The translations under genes and the position numbers were made by a program. Positions 36,452-45,865 of a DNA stretch of 58,481 bases are shown piece after piece. Below the pieces are notes generated by a model. That model had not been told where the DNA came from. It saw nothing but the letters and a program-made list of their open reading frames with translations, and did not search any database. The stretch's first letter is position 1, and each line of letters starts with the position of its first letter. The stretch comes from a virus (taxonomy: Duplodnaviria; Caudoviricetes), in IMG/VR virus record IMGVR_UViG_3300034004_000010, positions 1 to 58,481 of that record; one strand, given 5' to 3'.

Positions 36452-37572
36452 CCGCGATGCGGGTCCTGTATGACGTCGACCTCAAGGCGTACGCCGACAG
36501 CGCGTCGCTGCCGCAACCCGACTTCAGGGTTGTGACCAACGGCGGCGCCACCTTCGCCGTCAGCGGCGGCGCGGGCGTCTTCACCGCGACGTCAGCGACG
36601 AACTACTCGTCGTACGCGTACGCGAAGCTACGCACGCAGGTCGAGGACAACTACGAGATCCTCGTCCAGTACAAGCTGGTGAACATCGGGGCCGGTGCAT
36701 TCGCCAGCCTGTACTTCCGGTCCTCCGACTTCAATGCAGTGAACTCCAGCCCCGACTGGTGCTACAACGCGGGCTTCCCGGTCGCCACCTCCTCGTACGG
36801 GTACTCGAAGCGGGCGAACGCGTCCACCGTAACGTTGGCGCCCAAGCAAGACGGCGCGCTATCGCGGACGCCGGTGAACGGCGACATCATCAGCTACCGG
36901 CTCCGGGTCGAGGGCGACCTGTTCCGCAGTAAGGCGTGGTTCGAGGGCACCACCGAGCCGTCCACCTGGGGCGCGTACGCGATGGACCCGGGGCAGGTGG
37001 GCCGCGGCGGGATGTACCTCTCCTTCAGCGGGGGCACCTTCGGCGCGGCAGTGATCGAGCTCCGCCGCGTCGTCGTCGCCGACCTGACGACCGACCGCGA
37101 AGGTGCGATCACCGAGTCGCAAAGCCTCGTGCACATCGGCCGAACCGAGACGATCCACGGCGTCAAGACGTTCAGCCAGCCTCCAACCATGCCCACTCCG
37201 ACGGCGACCGGGCATGCTGCGACGAAGGCGTACGTCGACGGCCTCGCCCTCACCAGGACTGTCAACGTCGTCGCCGCATCCGGCGCCGCGCAGACCATCC
37301 CGGCGCCAACGACGGCACTCATGCACAAGTACACCCTGACCGCGAACTGCACCTTCACGCTCCCGACTGCGGTGGCAGGGCAGTCGTTCCTCGTGTCGCT
37401 CGTGCAGGACGGCACAGGCTCCCGGACCGCCACCTTCACCGGTGCGAAGTGGCCGGGTGGCACGGCCCCCACTCTCTCCACCGGCGCGGGGAAGATCGAC
37501 GACCTGGCGTTCGTGTGCACCGACGCGACGACGGGCTGGAAGGGCCAAGTTGTGGGCTTGGACATGCGATAG
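36448..37572 (+). CDS. Tail fibre-like protein with a lectin-like N-terminal domain
   Basis: ETIHGVKTFS, HAATKAYVD fibre motifs; C-terminal domain paralogous to 39176..40141. Confidence 0.75.
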   Translation: MTAMRVLYDVDLKAYADSASLPQPDFRVVTNGGATFAVSGGAGVFTATSATNYSSYAYAKLRTQVEDNYEILVQYKLVNIGAGAFASLYFRSSDFNAVNSSPDWCYNAGFPVATSSYGYSKRANASTVTLAPKQDGALSRTPVNGDIISYRLRVEGDLFRSKAWFEGTTEPSTWGAYAMDPGQVGRGGMYLSFSGGTFGAAVIELRRVVVADLTTDREGAITESQSLVHIGRTETIHGVKTFSQPPTMPTPTATGHAATKAYVDGLALTRTVNVVAASGAAQTIPAPTTALMHKYTLTANCTFTLPTAVAGQSFLVSLVQDGTGSRTATFTGAKWPGGTAPTLSTGAGKIDDLAFVCTDATTGWKGQVVGLDMR

Positions 37573-37626
37573 CAGCCGCGCCTGTCTGACCAGCATCACT
37601 ACACACCTCACGATCCGGAAGGCGCC

Positions 37627-39108
37627 TTGATGGCCACGTACGTGTTCATCCCCACCCCGGTCACGGGCGGCGCGACGGTGCGGTTCGACACCGCCTCCGG
37701 GTCGACCAGCCCAGCAACGATCTATCCGATGGACTACTCGGAGCCCATCCCTGGCGCGCTGGTGCGGGCGCACACGTTCAGCGGGAACCTCCCGAAGATC
37801 GAGTCCGACAGCGCCACGCTGTACCAGAAGACCCTGGACTACCGGGGGACCACCGTCACCGCGACGACGACGCTGACGGGCGTAGCGCAGGCCACGGGCG
37901 CGCCTGTCTCGGGCGTTGACCTGTCTGCTCTCAATGCCACCTTCGCTCAAGACAAGCAGGGCTACTACGTCCCCCCGGGTTGGGGCGCGTCGTGGCGTGC
38001 GGCCCGGGCGACCGCTGCGGCTGGCACAGGCCTAGCTCGCGTCGCCTTCGTGGGCGACTCCATCACGCAGGGGTTCGACGCCTCGAACCTCTACACCACG
38101 TCCTACCCGCACTTGATCCGCTCCACGTTGCAGACCACCTTTGGCGACGGCGGTTCCGGCTTCCTGGGCATGGCGCACACCAGCAACTACTCCGTGTTCG
38201 AGGCCAGCGGCTACAGCGGCCAGCTCCGTGTTGCACTGTCGGGCACGTGGACCACCAACACCCCCGAGTCGGGCAGCGTCGGCGGCGAAGGCACGGGGGG
38301 TGTCGGGTACTCCTCCTCCACGTCGGGGAACACCGCAACGTTCTCCCAGGTCCGGGGCACCAGCATCACCATCTGGTACAGCACCTTCCCCTCGAACGGC
38401 ACCTTCACGGTCACTGTCGACGGCTCAGTGGTGGGCACCATCAACGCCGGCATAGCGCAGAGCATGGCGTCCACGACGTACGCCGTGTCGGCGGGCACCC
38501 ACACTGTCATCCTCACCCTCACCGCCGCTGCCGGCGTGACCATCTTCGGGGTGACCGGCTCCAACGCGACCGGCGTCCGCGTCGACAACTACGGCCGATC
38601 GAGTGCGGACTCCCGGCACTTCAACCTCAGCACCAACGGCGCAGCCAACGCCACCGTGACCGGCGGCACCGCCGCCACCTACTCCGGCGGCTCGGCCAAT
38701 CCGTGCGACCTGCTCATCTACGCGATGTTCGTCAACGACTCCGGCAACGGCGTGACGGGCACGCAGTACATGTCGAACATCAAGCAGCACATGGATCAGG
38801 TGCGCAACCGCGTGGCCAACCCAGCCACCGACATCATCTTCTTCCACCCCCACATCGGGAGGTGGGACGGCACGAACTACCGCAGCCTGGAGTACGCGGC
38901 GCAGATGCACTCCGCCGCCGCCATCTTCGGCGCCGCATACGTCAACGCGGGGGCGATCAACAAAAACTCCTGGGACTACTTCAACAGCCTGGGCGGCTGG
39001 GGTTCCGGCCACAACACCACTGGCGCGTCGGGCACCGACTCCGTCCATCCTGGCGATGCTGGCCACCAGCTGTACGCGAACTATCTGCTGACTCTCATCA
39101 ACAGCTAG
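37627..39108 (+). CDS. Virion-associated SGNH/GDSL esterase
   Basis: VGDSITQG block I, NYGRS block II, VND block III, DSVHP block V. Confidence 0.85.
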   Translation: MMATYVFIPTPVTGGATVRFDTASGSTSPATIYPMDYSEPIPGALVRAHTFSGNLPKIESDSATLYQKTLDYRGTTVTATTTLTGVAQATGAPVSGVDLSALNATFAQDKQGYYVPPGWGASWRAARATAAAGTGLARVAFVGDSITQGFDASNLYTTSYPHLIRSTLQTTFGDGGSGFLGMAHTSNYSVFEASGYSGQLRVALSGTWTTNTPESGSVGGEGTGGVGYSSSTSGNTATFSQVRGTSITIWYSTFPSNGTFTVTVDGSVVGTINAGIAQSMASTTYAVSAGTHTVILTLTAAAGVTIFGVTGSNATGVRVDNYGRSSADSRHFNLSTNGAANATVTGGTAATYSGGSANPCDLLIYAMFVNDSGNGVTGTQYMSNIKQHMDQVRNRVANPATDIIFFHPHIGRWDGTNYRSLEYAAQMHSAAAIFGAAYVNAGAINKNSWDYFNSLGGWGSGHNTTGASGTDSVHPGDAGHQLYANYLLTLINS

Positions 39109-39175
39109 CCCGCATGGTCGTCACCTGACCTGCAGGCCCCGCCGCTCGAACAGCCACCCCGGAGGAGACCCCCTG

Positions 39176-40141
39176 ATGGCGCGGTACTACTTCCAACTCT
39201 CCACCGTCACCCCCGGGACGTACGTCCGGCTCGACTCCGCCTCCGGCTCAACATCCCCCACGGCGATCAGCCCCCGGGATTCCGCGGTGGTCATCCCCGG
39301 CTCGATCCTGAGATCAGATGCCACGACCGGGGGACTGCCGGGGGTGGCTGCCGGGGTGGCGACGCTGTACCAGAAGACCCTCAGTGCCACTGGCGCGGTG
39401 ACCGCCACTGCGACTCTGACGGGCACGCTCGTCGACGGCTCCGATCCGGGCGCGCTGCCTCCGTTGACCTTCCCGCAGCAGGTCAACACGTCGAGCGACC
39501 CGCCGAAGCTCGCGGGGCCTAACGCGTGGACCGGAACGCAGGACTTCACCGGCGCCACAGTGACCGGCATCAGTGGTGGCGGTAGTGCCACGGTTGGCAC
39601 TACCGCCGGCACAGTCGCGGCCGGGGACGACTCGCGGATCACTGGTGCGGCGCAGAAGTCGGCGAACCTGTCCGACCTGGCCTCCGCCTCCACCGCGCGA
39701 ACAAACCTCGGCCTCGGCACGGCCTCAACCCAAGCCACCGGAACCTTCCTGCAGGCCGTGAACAACCTGTCCGACGTCACTGCGGCGACAGCTCGCGCCA
39801 ACCTCGGCGCGGTGGGCATCACGGAGGCCGTGAACGTCGTCGCGACGTCAGGCTCCGCCCAGACGATCCCCGCGCCGACCACGGCGACGATGCACAAGTA
39901 CACCCTCACGGCGAACTGCACGTTCACTATGCCCACGGCCACAGCCGGGCAGTCGTTCTCCGTGTCACTCGTGCAAGACGCCACCGGCAGCCGCACAGCC
40001 ACCTTCACCGGTGCGAAGTGGGCCGGCGGCACCGCCCCGACCCTGTCGACAGGCGCCAGCAAGATTGACGACCTGGTGTTCCAGTGCACCGACGCCACCG
40101 TGGGCTGGAAGGGCTACGTCGCCGGACTGGACATGCGGTGA
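39176..40141 (+). CDS. Tail fibre-like adaptor protein
   Basis: GTVAAGDDSRI, NLSDL...ARTNLG repeats; N-terminus like 37627, C-terminus like 36448. Confidence 0.75.
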   Translation: MARYYFQLSTVTPGTYVRLDSASGSTSPTAISPRDSAVVIPGSILRSDATTGGLPGVAAGVATLYQKTLSATGAVTATATLTGTLVDGSDPGALPPLTFPQQVNTSSDPPKLAGPNAWTGTQDFTGATVTGISGGGSATVGTTAGTVAAGDDSRITGAAQKSANLSDLASASTARTNLGLGTASTQATGTFLQAVNNLSDVTAATARANLGAVGITEAVNVVATSGSAQTIPAPTTATMHKYTLTANCTFTMPTATAGQSFSVSLVQDATGSRTATFTGAKWAGGTAPTLSTGASKIDDLVFQCTDATVGWKGYVAGLDMR

Positions 40142-41019
40142 GCGGGCGCGCCGCGTTCCGACTGCTCGAGGCGAACAAGGCGGCGGCGCCGTCGACACCC
40201 CTGCTGCTCGACTCGGCCACGCCGTTCGCGGCGTTCTCCGTGCGGAAGCTGCGCACGGCCTACGGGGGTTCGGCGCTGCGCGTCCAGCGCGCCTCCGACA
40301 GCACCGAACAGGACATCGGCTTCACCTCGGGTGGCGATCTGGACACGACAGCGCTGGGGACGTTCTGCTCAGGCACCACCGGCTACGTCTCGAAGTGGTA
40401 CGACCAGTCCGGGAATGGCCGCGACCTGGCGCAGACCACGCAGGCCCGCATGTGGCGCATCTACGCCAGCGGCGCCGTCGACACGAAGAACAGCAAGCCG
40501 TCACTGCTTGCCACGGATGACACGCGCGGCATGCTCACCGCCGCGTTCACCGCGAGCACATCGAACATCGCCAATGCCGCCGCTGTCGCGAGCCATCCGA
40601 GCCTGTCCGCGACCACCTCGCCGCGTCTCGTGAGCGCTGTCGGCGCGTCGAACATCGACAGCACCGTAGCGGACGGAATCGCGTTGATCATGCGCAACGG
40701 GAACACGTCACCCACCCAGCAGTGGCGCCTGCTCAGGCAGAGCTCGAACCTTCTACAAACAGCGGTGTATGACCAGCTTCAGCAGGTCTACTCGTTCACG
40801 TCGAACGGGTCGGCTGTTCTCGCGGTCGACGGAGCGCAGGTGAGTGGAACGGTACCTGGCGGCACGATCACCGCCACGAACCTCCTGCTCAGCATGTTGG
40901 GGACCGCGGGTTATGCCAGCGTGAACGGGCTGCGCGTGTCGGAGGTGCTGTTCTCCTTCGCCGCGCTGGACCAGGCGACGATCCGCTCAAGCCAGAAGGC
41001 CTACTTCGCCACGGCCTAA
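40138..41019 (+). CDS. LamG/concanavalin-like (arabinofuranosidase-B-catalytic-like) receptor-binding protein
   Basis: AAFSVRKLRTAYGG.ALRV.R.SD..EQDIGF...G.LD...VSKWYDQSGNG. Confidence 0.7.
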   Translation: MSGRAAFRLLEANKAAAPSTPLLLDSATPFAAFSVRKLRTAYGGSALRVQRASDSTEQDIGFTSGGDLDTTALGTFCSGTTGYVSKWYDQSGNGRDLAQTTQARMWRIYASGAVDTKNSKPSLLATDDTRGMLTAAFTASTSNIANAAAVASHPSLSATTSPRLVSAVGASNIDSTVADGIALIMRNGNTSPTQQWRLLRQSSNLLQTAVYDQLQQVYSFTSNGSAVLAVDGAQVSGTVPGGTITATNLLLSMLGTAGYASVNGLRVSEVLFSFAALDQATIRSSQKAYFATA

Positions 41020-41045
41020 CCAGTCGGGCGACGAGAGGGGTGGGG

Positions 41046-41276
41046 ATGCGGATCCCGGTGGACCGGCTGCTCCTGAAGCCCGCGGTGACCGTCGGGATGT
41101 CGCCCTGGGTGCTGCACTCTCTGGCGCACCGGTACCGCACCACCACCGAGGACGCCGACCCCATCACCGTCACCGCCCTCGACGGCGGCCTGTACCGCAT
41201 CGAGGACGGCCGACACAGGTACTTCGCGTCCGTCATCGCGGGGCGCCCTGACGTTCTCGCCGTGCTCGCCGACTAG
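41046..41276 (+). CDS. Stand-alone ParB/Srx-like domain protein
   Basis: DPITV...YRIEDGRHRYFAS..AG. Confidence 0.65.
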   Translation: MRIPVDRLLLKPAVTVGMSPWVLHSLAHRYRTTTEDADPITVTALDGGLYRIEDGRHRYFASVIAGRPDVLAVLAD

Positions 41277-41288
41277 GGAGGGGACGCC

Positions 41289-42137
41289 ATGCCACTGGAC
41301 TGGCTACCAGCCGCCGTCCGCGACCCCCACGGCCGAGCCCTCGCATGGGCCGAGACGACCGACCCCAAGGGCGTGCTCCACACCACGGAGAGCTCAAGCT
41401 GGCCGGGATACCGCAACTGGGCCGACGCCCCCCACGCCACGATCATGCCCACTCCGGGCAAGGGCGTGACCATCCGCCAGCACATTCCGTTCAGCCGCGC
41501 CAGCTTCGCCCTCGTCCACGCCGCTGGACAGCAAGCCACCAACACCGACTTCGCGTTCCAGTTCGAACTCATCGGCACCTCCGAGAAGGGCGGGCCGGGC
41601 TACTACTGGCCAGGCGCCGACGACGACGTGCTACTCGACCTGTACCACAAGCTCATCAAGCCCCTGTCGGACGCCTACGGCATCCCGCTGCGCGCCCCGA
41701 CGTGGCTGCCCTACCCGGCGTCCTACGGCGCTACCAGGGTCCGCTTGAGCAGCGCTCAATGGGACACCTACAGCGGTTGGCTAGGGCACCAGCATGCCCC
41801 CCAAAACTTGCACGGGGATCCTGGCGCGTTCCCGTGGGACCGGATGATGCGCCTCGCCGCCGGCCCCCAGGAGGACGACATGCCCCTCACCGAAGACGAC
41901 GTGGCCCGCATCGCCCGCGCCGTCCACAACCAGATCCTCGGCGGCTCCACCATCACCGTCGGCGCCGCCCTCGACGTCCTGTACCGCCGCACCGGGCCGA
42001 CACCGGAGCAGATCGCGCAAGCCGTCCGCGCGGCCCTCCCCACGGGCGGCACCGTCGCGGGCGGGCTCAGCGACGCGGACGTCGCCCGGCTCCGCAAGGA
42101 GATCGTGGACGAGATCAGTTCGCGGCTCGTCAGGTAG
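41289..42137 (+). CDS. Endolysin, N-acetylmuramoyl-L-alanine amidase
   Basis: VLHTTE, PH, QFELIG, GHQHAPQNLHGDPG Zn-amidase motifs; internal GGAGG-ATG at the EDDMP linker; GGAGG RBS. Confidence 0.85.
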   Translation: MPLDWLPAAVRDPHGRALAWAETTDPKGVLHTTESSSWPGYRNWADAPHATIMPTPGKGVTIRQHIPFSRASFALVHAAGQQATNTDFAFQFELIGTSEKGGPGYYWPGADDDVLLDLYHKLIKPLSDAYGIPLRAPTWLPYPASYGATRVRLSSAQWDTYSGWLGHQHAPQNLHGDPGAFPWDRMMRLAAGPQEDDMPLTEDDVARIARAVHNQILGGSTITVGAALDVLYRRTGPTPEQIAQAVRAALPTGGTVAGGLSDADVARLRKEIVDEISSRLVR

Positions 42138-42231
42138 CACCACCCGCAAGCCGCTCGGGGGAGCCGCAGACACGGAAGGAACCAACCGTGCCCACGCGCC
42201 CCCCGCCCCACCGCCATACTGAACCAAAGGC

Positions 42232-42546
42232 ATGACCGCAGTGGCCGACCCCCTCAGCAGCACCCAGGGAGTGTTCGTCCAATACGGCGCGATCGGAGCG
42301 ATCCTCCTCGTCCTCCTCTGGTTCGCTTACGGTGCGATCAAGCGGGAACGGGACGCCACCGACAGGGAGAGAGCCCGTGCAGAAAAGGCCGAGAGCGAGA
42401 AGGACGAGCTCAACCGCCTCATGCGCACGGAGGTCATCCCTGTGCTGACGAAAGCCACCGAGGCCACCACTCGAGTCACTGAAGTCGTCGGCCGCGTCAC
42501 CGATGTCCTCGCCGACGTGTCCGCCGTCCTACGAGACAGGCGGTGA
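42232..42546 (+). CDS. Lysis-associated membrane protein (1 TM plus coiled coil)
   Basis: QYGAIGAILLVLLWFAY then a charged helix; follows the lysin. Confidence 0.7.
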   Translation: MTAVADPLSSTQGVFVQYGAIGAILLVLLWFAYGAIKRERDATDRERARAEKAESEKDELNRLMRTEVIPVLTKATEATTRVTEVVGRVTDVLADVSAVLRDRR

Positions 42547-42752
42547 AGGCGGTGCCGGGGGGCGACCCTGACCGACTCCCACCCGACCTCGCCATCAAGG
42601 CCGACGTCGTCGCATGGGTCGGCAAGCTCGACGACGCCGTCGAGCAGTTGTACCGAGAGATTGACAGGCTACCGGGGCTGATCCGAAAGGCGGGTCGTGG
42701 AACGGATCCAGAACCTGGCCAACGCAGTGGGGGAACTACGCAAGGAGGGTGA
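42543..42752 (+). CDS. Hypothetical protein
   Basis: GTGA overlap; 3' end overlaps the next gene. Confidence 0.4.
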   Translation: MKAVPGGDPDRLPPDLAIKADVVAWVGKLDDAVEQLYREIDRLPGLIRKAGRGTDPEPGQRSGGTTQGG

Positions 42753-43026
42753 GGGCATCCGCCGGGAACTGCGGCGCCGCACCGCCCTCCTGGCGTGGCT
42801 GTTCGCCGCTGGCGCCGTCATCCTCGTCTGCTGCATCGCCGCCGCATACACGGTCTCCCTGAACAACCAGGCCGCGATCGAGAAGTCGAACCGGCAGTGG
42901 TGCCCGATGGTGAGCCTGCTGATCCCGACGCCGGGTGAGGCCCGCGCTTCCACGCCCCGCGGTAAGGACCTCGAGGCCAACGCCCGGCTGCTGTACACGA
43001 CGTTCGGCTGCGGCACCGCCCGCTAG
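42697..43026 (+). CDS. Lysis-associated membrane protein
   Basis: One TM; C-terminal WC...FGC Cys pair. Confidence 0.65.
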   Translation: MERIQNLANAVGELRKEGEGIRRELRRRTALLAWLFAAGAVILVCCIAAAYTVSLNNQAAIEKSNRQWCPMVSLLIPTPGEARASTPRGKDLEANARLLYTTFGCGTAR

Positions 43027-43094
43027 CCCTGCCCCCACCACTGACCCGACCGCCACCCGGCGGCCGGGCTACACGTACGCGCCCAGGAGGCACC

Positions 43095-43616
43095 GTGAGC
43101 ACCACCGTCCCCACGCCCGGCTCCCGCCCCCAGGACGTCGTCGAGCGGGTCGTCCGGCAGCTCGTCCAGACGTTCGGGCCCAGCCTGCTGCTGGTCCTCA
43201 CCGCGGCCGGCGCGTCCCACGACCTCAAGGCCACCCTCGTCATGCTGGCGATGGCCGTCGTCACCACCCTCGTGAAGATCGGGCTGAAGCTCCGCAGCGA
43301 GCCGGGCGACCCCATCTGGAAGGTCATCCTCGACCGCGCCGGTTCGGCGTTCGCCGGTGTCCTCGCCGGCGCCGGGGTCAACGACCTCACCAGCCTGCTG
43401 TCCGTCGACTGGAACGAGGCGTTCGCCGTCGCCGGCCTCGCCGCCGCCACGGCCCTGGTCATGTTCTACCTCAGCCCGCCGTCGAACCCGCCGTCGCCCG
43501 CGCCCGCCGCTGAGACGACCAGCGACGCCCCGGCCGACCCCGACTCGCAGCTGTTCCAGTCCCGCAACCGCGACAGCGACTTCCCGTACAGCCCCGGCGC
43601 CACCGACCGGCTGTGA
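43095..43616 (+). CDS. Holin (multi-TM)
   Basis: AGGAGG RBS; ERVVRQLVQTF / DRAGSAF duplicated units, VDW; lysis cassette. Confidence 0.7.
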   Translation: MSTTVPTPGSRPQDVVERVVRQLVQTFGPSLLLVLTAAGASHDLKATLVMLAMAVVTTLVKIGLKLRSEPGDPIWKVILDRAGSAFAGVLAGAGVNDLTSLLSVDWNEAFAVAGLAAATALVMFYLSPPSNPPSPAPAAETTSDAPADPDSQLFQSRNRDSDFPYSPGATDRL

Positions 43617-44008
43617 CGGCCGCCTGGACCTATCGCTACCGCGCGACGCCCGTCAAGGTCGTGGATGGCGACACTTTCCGCCTCGCGGTCGACGCCGGTC
43701 TGCGGATGACCGCCACCATCCCTGTCCGTCTCCGTGGCTGCAACGCCCCTGAGCGGGGGACGCCGGAAGGTGCGGCGGCGACGGAGTTCGTCGTCCGCTG
43801 GCTCATCCGGCACGGCGACGCACAGGGCTGGGTCGCCGTCACCACCCACAAGGACCCCGAAGACCCGTACGGGCGGTGGATGGGGGACATCGAGTCCCTT
43901 GACGGCACGGCGAACCTCACCGCTGACCTCATCGCCGCTGGCCTCGCTGCAGCGTGGGATGGACGAGGTGGCAAGCCGGTGCCCGGTGGCGCGGCATCGG
44001 GCACGTAG
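43613..44008 (+). CDS. Thermonuclease (SNase-like)
   Basis: VVDGDT, VRLRGCNAPE, DPYGRW, LIAAGLA. Confidence 0.85.
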   Translation: MTAAWTYRYRATPVKVVDGDTFRLAVDAGLRMTATIPVRLRGCNAPERGTPEGAAATEFVVRWLIRHGDAQGWVAVTTHKDPEDPYGRWMGDIESLDGTANLTADLIAAGLAAAWDGRGGKPVPGGAASGT

Positions 44009-44226
44009 GTCGCCGCTGGCGGTCCTGCGGCGCCTTGACCCCGGCCTGGTCCTCATCGTCGGCCTGTACTGCGTCATCGCCACACTGGCCGTCCTAACCA
44101 GCCACTGGTAGGCCGTACGGGCGAACTACCGTCGTGTAACACGACGACGCTCCGTGTCGTTGACTACCGTAAGTGTGAGCGGGGCGGTGCGGCCCCCGAC
44201 GCCCGCCCCGCTCACTTGCACAGCAT

Positions 44227-44260
44227 GATGCCCCCCACCTCGCCTGAGGTGGGGGGCATC
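44227..44260. terminator. Bidirectional hairpin where the two arms converge
   Basis: GATGCCCCCCACCTC-gcct-GAGGTGGGGGGCATC, a perfect 15-bp stem; a second hairpin lies at about 44175-44216. Confidence 0.8.
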
Positions 44261-44274
44261 GCTGCGTTTGCCGC

Positions 44275-45078
44275 CTAGTCGATGTCCATCGGCTCTGTCG
44301 TCACCACCACCCGCCGCGTCGTCCCCACCGTCCGCAGCGTCCACAGCGACCCCGGGTGCACGACCCGCACCGTGTGGAGCCCGCCGCCGAGACGCACCAT
44401 CCCCGACGCGTACCCGCTCGAGCGGGTCACGAGGGTCCGCGCCACGACCCAGCGGCCCTTGCGCAGCACCTGCACCTGCACGGGCGACCAGGGGGAGGGG
44501 ACCCACCCGCAGGACGGCACGAACTCGTTCAAGGGAGCTGCGACGAACAGGACGCCGCCGCCCTGGTTGAACCAGGCGCCCTTGGCGAACGCTGTCCGGT
44601 GCTTCACCGGCGGGTGCGGCACAGGGTCAGGCTCGGGGCTCTCGATCGCAGGGACGGCGGACGCCGACGACCACGTCTTCCCTGCTGTGGCGGCCGACGC
44701 CGCGGGGGAGAACCCCACCGACAGCGCCCCCAGCCCCACAACCAGCGCCAGGGCCATAGCGCCGGCCGCAAGGACCCGCATCCGCTGCGCCCAGAACCCG
44801 GCCAGCGACGACGCCATCTCCGCGACGCCCCGGCTGGCGCCGTCGGCCATCACGTCGGCGAGGAGCCGCAGCGAACCGAACGCCTCCGCGGCCTCGTCGA
44901 GGTCGGCGACGTCGATGACGTTGACCGACGGGAGGCCGGGCAGGTCGATGGTCCCGACGGCGCGGTAACCGCGGGGACGGAAGTCCTTCTCGCGGTGCTT
45001 CGGCAGGGTCGGCAGTTCAGTGGAGCGGCGCGCGTCGTCGTTGCCGCTGGACGCGGGCGTGGCAAGGTGCTTCGACAT
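44275..45078 (-). CDS. Membrane/secreted protein with a C-terminal beta-rich domain
   Basis: GGAGG RBS; internal hydrophobic segment plus ASA; VQVQ...W....T..T...G. Confidence 0.6.
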   Translation of the reverse strand: MSKHLATPASSGNDDARRSTELPTLPKHREKDFRPRGYRAVGTIDLPGLPSVNVIDVADLDEAAEAFGSLRLLADVMADGASRGVAEMASSLAGFWAQRMRVLAAGAMALALVVGLGALSVGFSPAASAATAGKTWSSASAVPAIESPEPDPVPHPPVKHRTAFAKGAWFNQGGGVLFVAAPLNEFVPSCGWVPSPWSPVQVQVLRKGRWVVARTLVTRSSGYASGMVRLGGGLHTVRVVHPGSLWTLRTVGTTRRVVVTTEPMDID

Positions 45079-45320
45079 CAGGGCCTCCTAGTGGCTCTGA
45101 TCGGGGGCCTGTCCGTTGAGTGTTGATCCGCTTGGTGTTACCAGCACCTTGCGGGGAGCTCCGGACGGGCCCTTGAGGTTGTGTACCTACCTCATCGGCG
45201 CCTGAGGCCAGGACTTGAGCGGTCCCTGGCACGTATCGTCGTTGCTGCCCCCGTCCCCCCGTCGGGGAGCCGGTGGCGCGGCGCTCGAGGAAGCAGTCCT
45301 CGCGCCGCGCCACCACAACC

Positions 45321-45602
45321 TCAGCCGTCCCAGCTCAGTCGATAGTCGGGATGGTCGCGGTAGGGCTGGGCGAGCGCGCGGATCGCGACCAGGATGCCGG
45401 TGGCGTGGTAGCCGATGACTTCACCGCCGGGCAGGGCGCCCTGCTCGCGACGCAGATGGTAGGCGTCCAGGACGGCCCGCTTCGCCTCGACCTCGGCCAA
45501 GAGCCGCGCGGGCCAGCCGTAAGCGAGACCCAGCCCTGCATCGGCGCGGATGGCCCGCTCGTCCTCATCCAGCCGGCCGCGCAGGAACTCGGTCAGGTCC
45601 AC
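45321..45602 (-). CDS. DUF6221-like protein
   Basis: DLTEFLRGRLDEDE...PARLLAEVEAKR...LAQPYRDHPDY...W. Confidence 0.75.
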   Translation of the reverse strand: MDLTEFLRGRLDEDERAIRADAGLGLAYGWPARLLAEVEAKRAVLDAYHLRREQGALPGGEVIGYHATGILVAIRALAQPYRDHPDYRLSWDG

Positions 45603-45865
45603 GTCACTGCCTCCACCATCTCGGGGGCATCCCACGTCGTCCCCAGCTTCGCCGCGAGCCACACCAGCCCCGGCATGTCCAACTCCGGCCCCGCCAACCC
45701 CTCACACTCCACACACGGCGTCGGATGCCCCCACTCCGCCACCAGCACCTGGCACGGCAGCCCACGACGCGGCAGGCTTTCCGCCGGCGGGTTGCACAGG
45801 ACGCCGCTGTTACGGCGCCCGCAGTGCGGGCAGGCGGGCGGCGCGGGGGAGGGGGCGTCAGTCAT
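45593..45865 (-). CDS. Small Cys-rich hypothetical protein
   Basis: CPHC...CVEC; overlaps neighbours in the operon. Confidence 0.5.
   Translation of the reverse strand: MTDAPSPAPPACPHCGRRNSGVLCNPPAESLPRRGLPCQVLVAEWGHPTPCVECEGLAGPELDMPGLVWLAAKLGTTWDAPEMVEAVTWT

Noticed and set aside
37261-40141. Duplicated tail-fibre C-termini as a DGR template/variable repeat pair
   Set aside because: Differences are mostly synonymous third-position changes of all base types, not adenine-specific. Both copies are coding, and no reverse transcriptase is present.
41046-41276. ParABS partition system implying a plasmid prophage
   Set aside because: There is no ParA ATPase, the ParB-like protein has no DNA-binding domain, and no parS array is adjacent.
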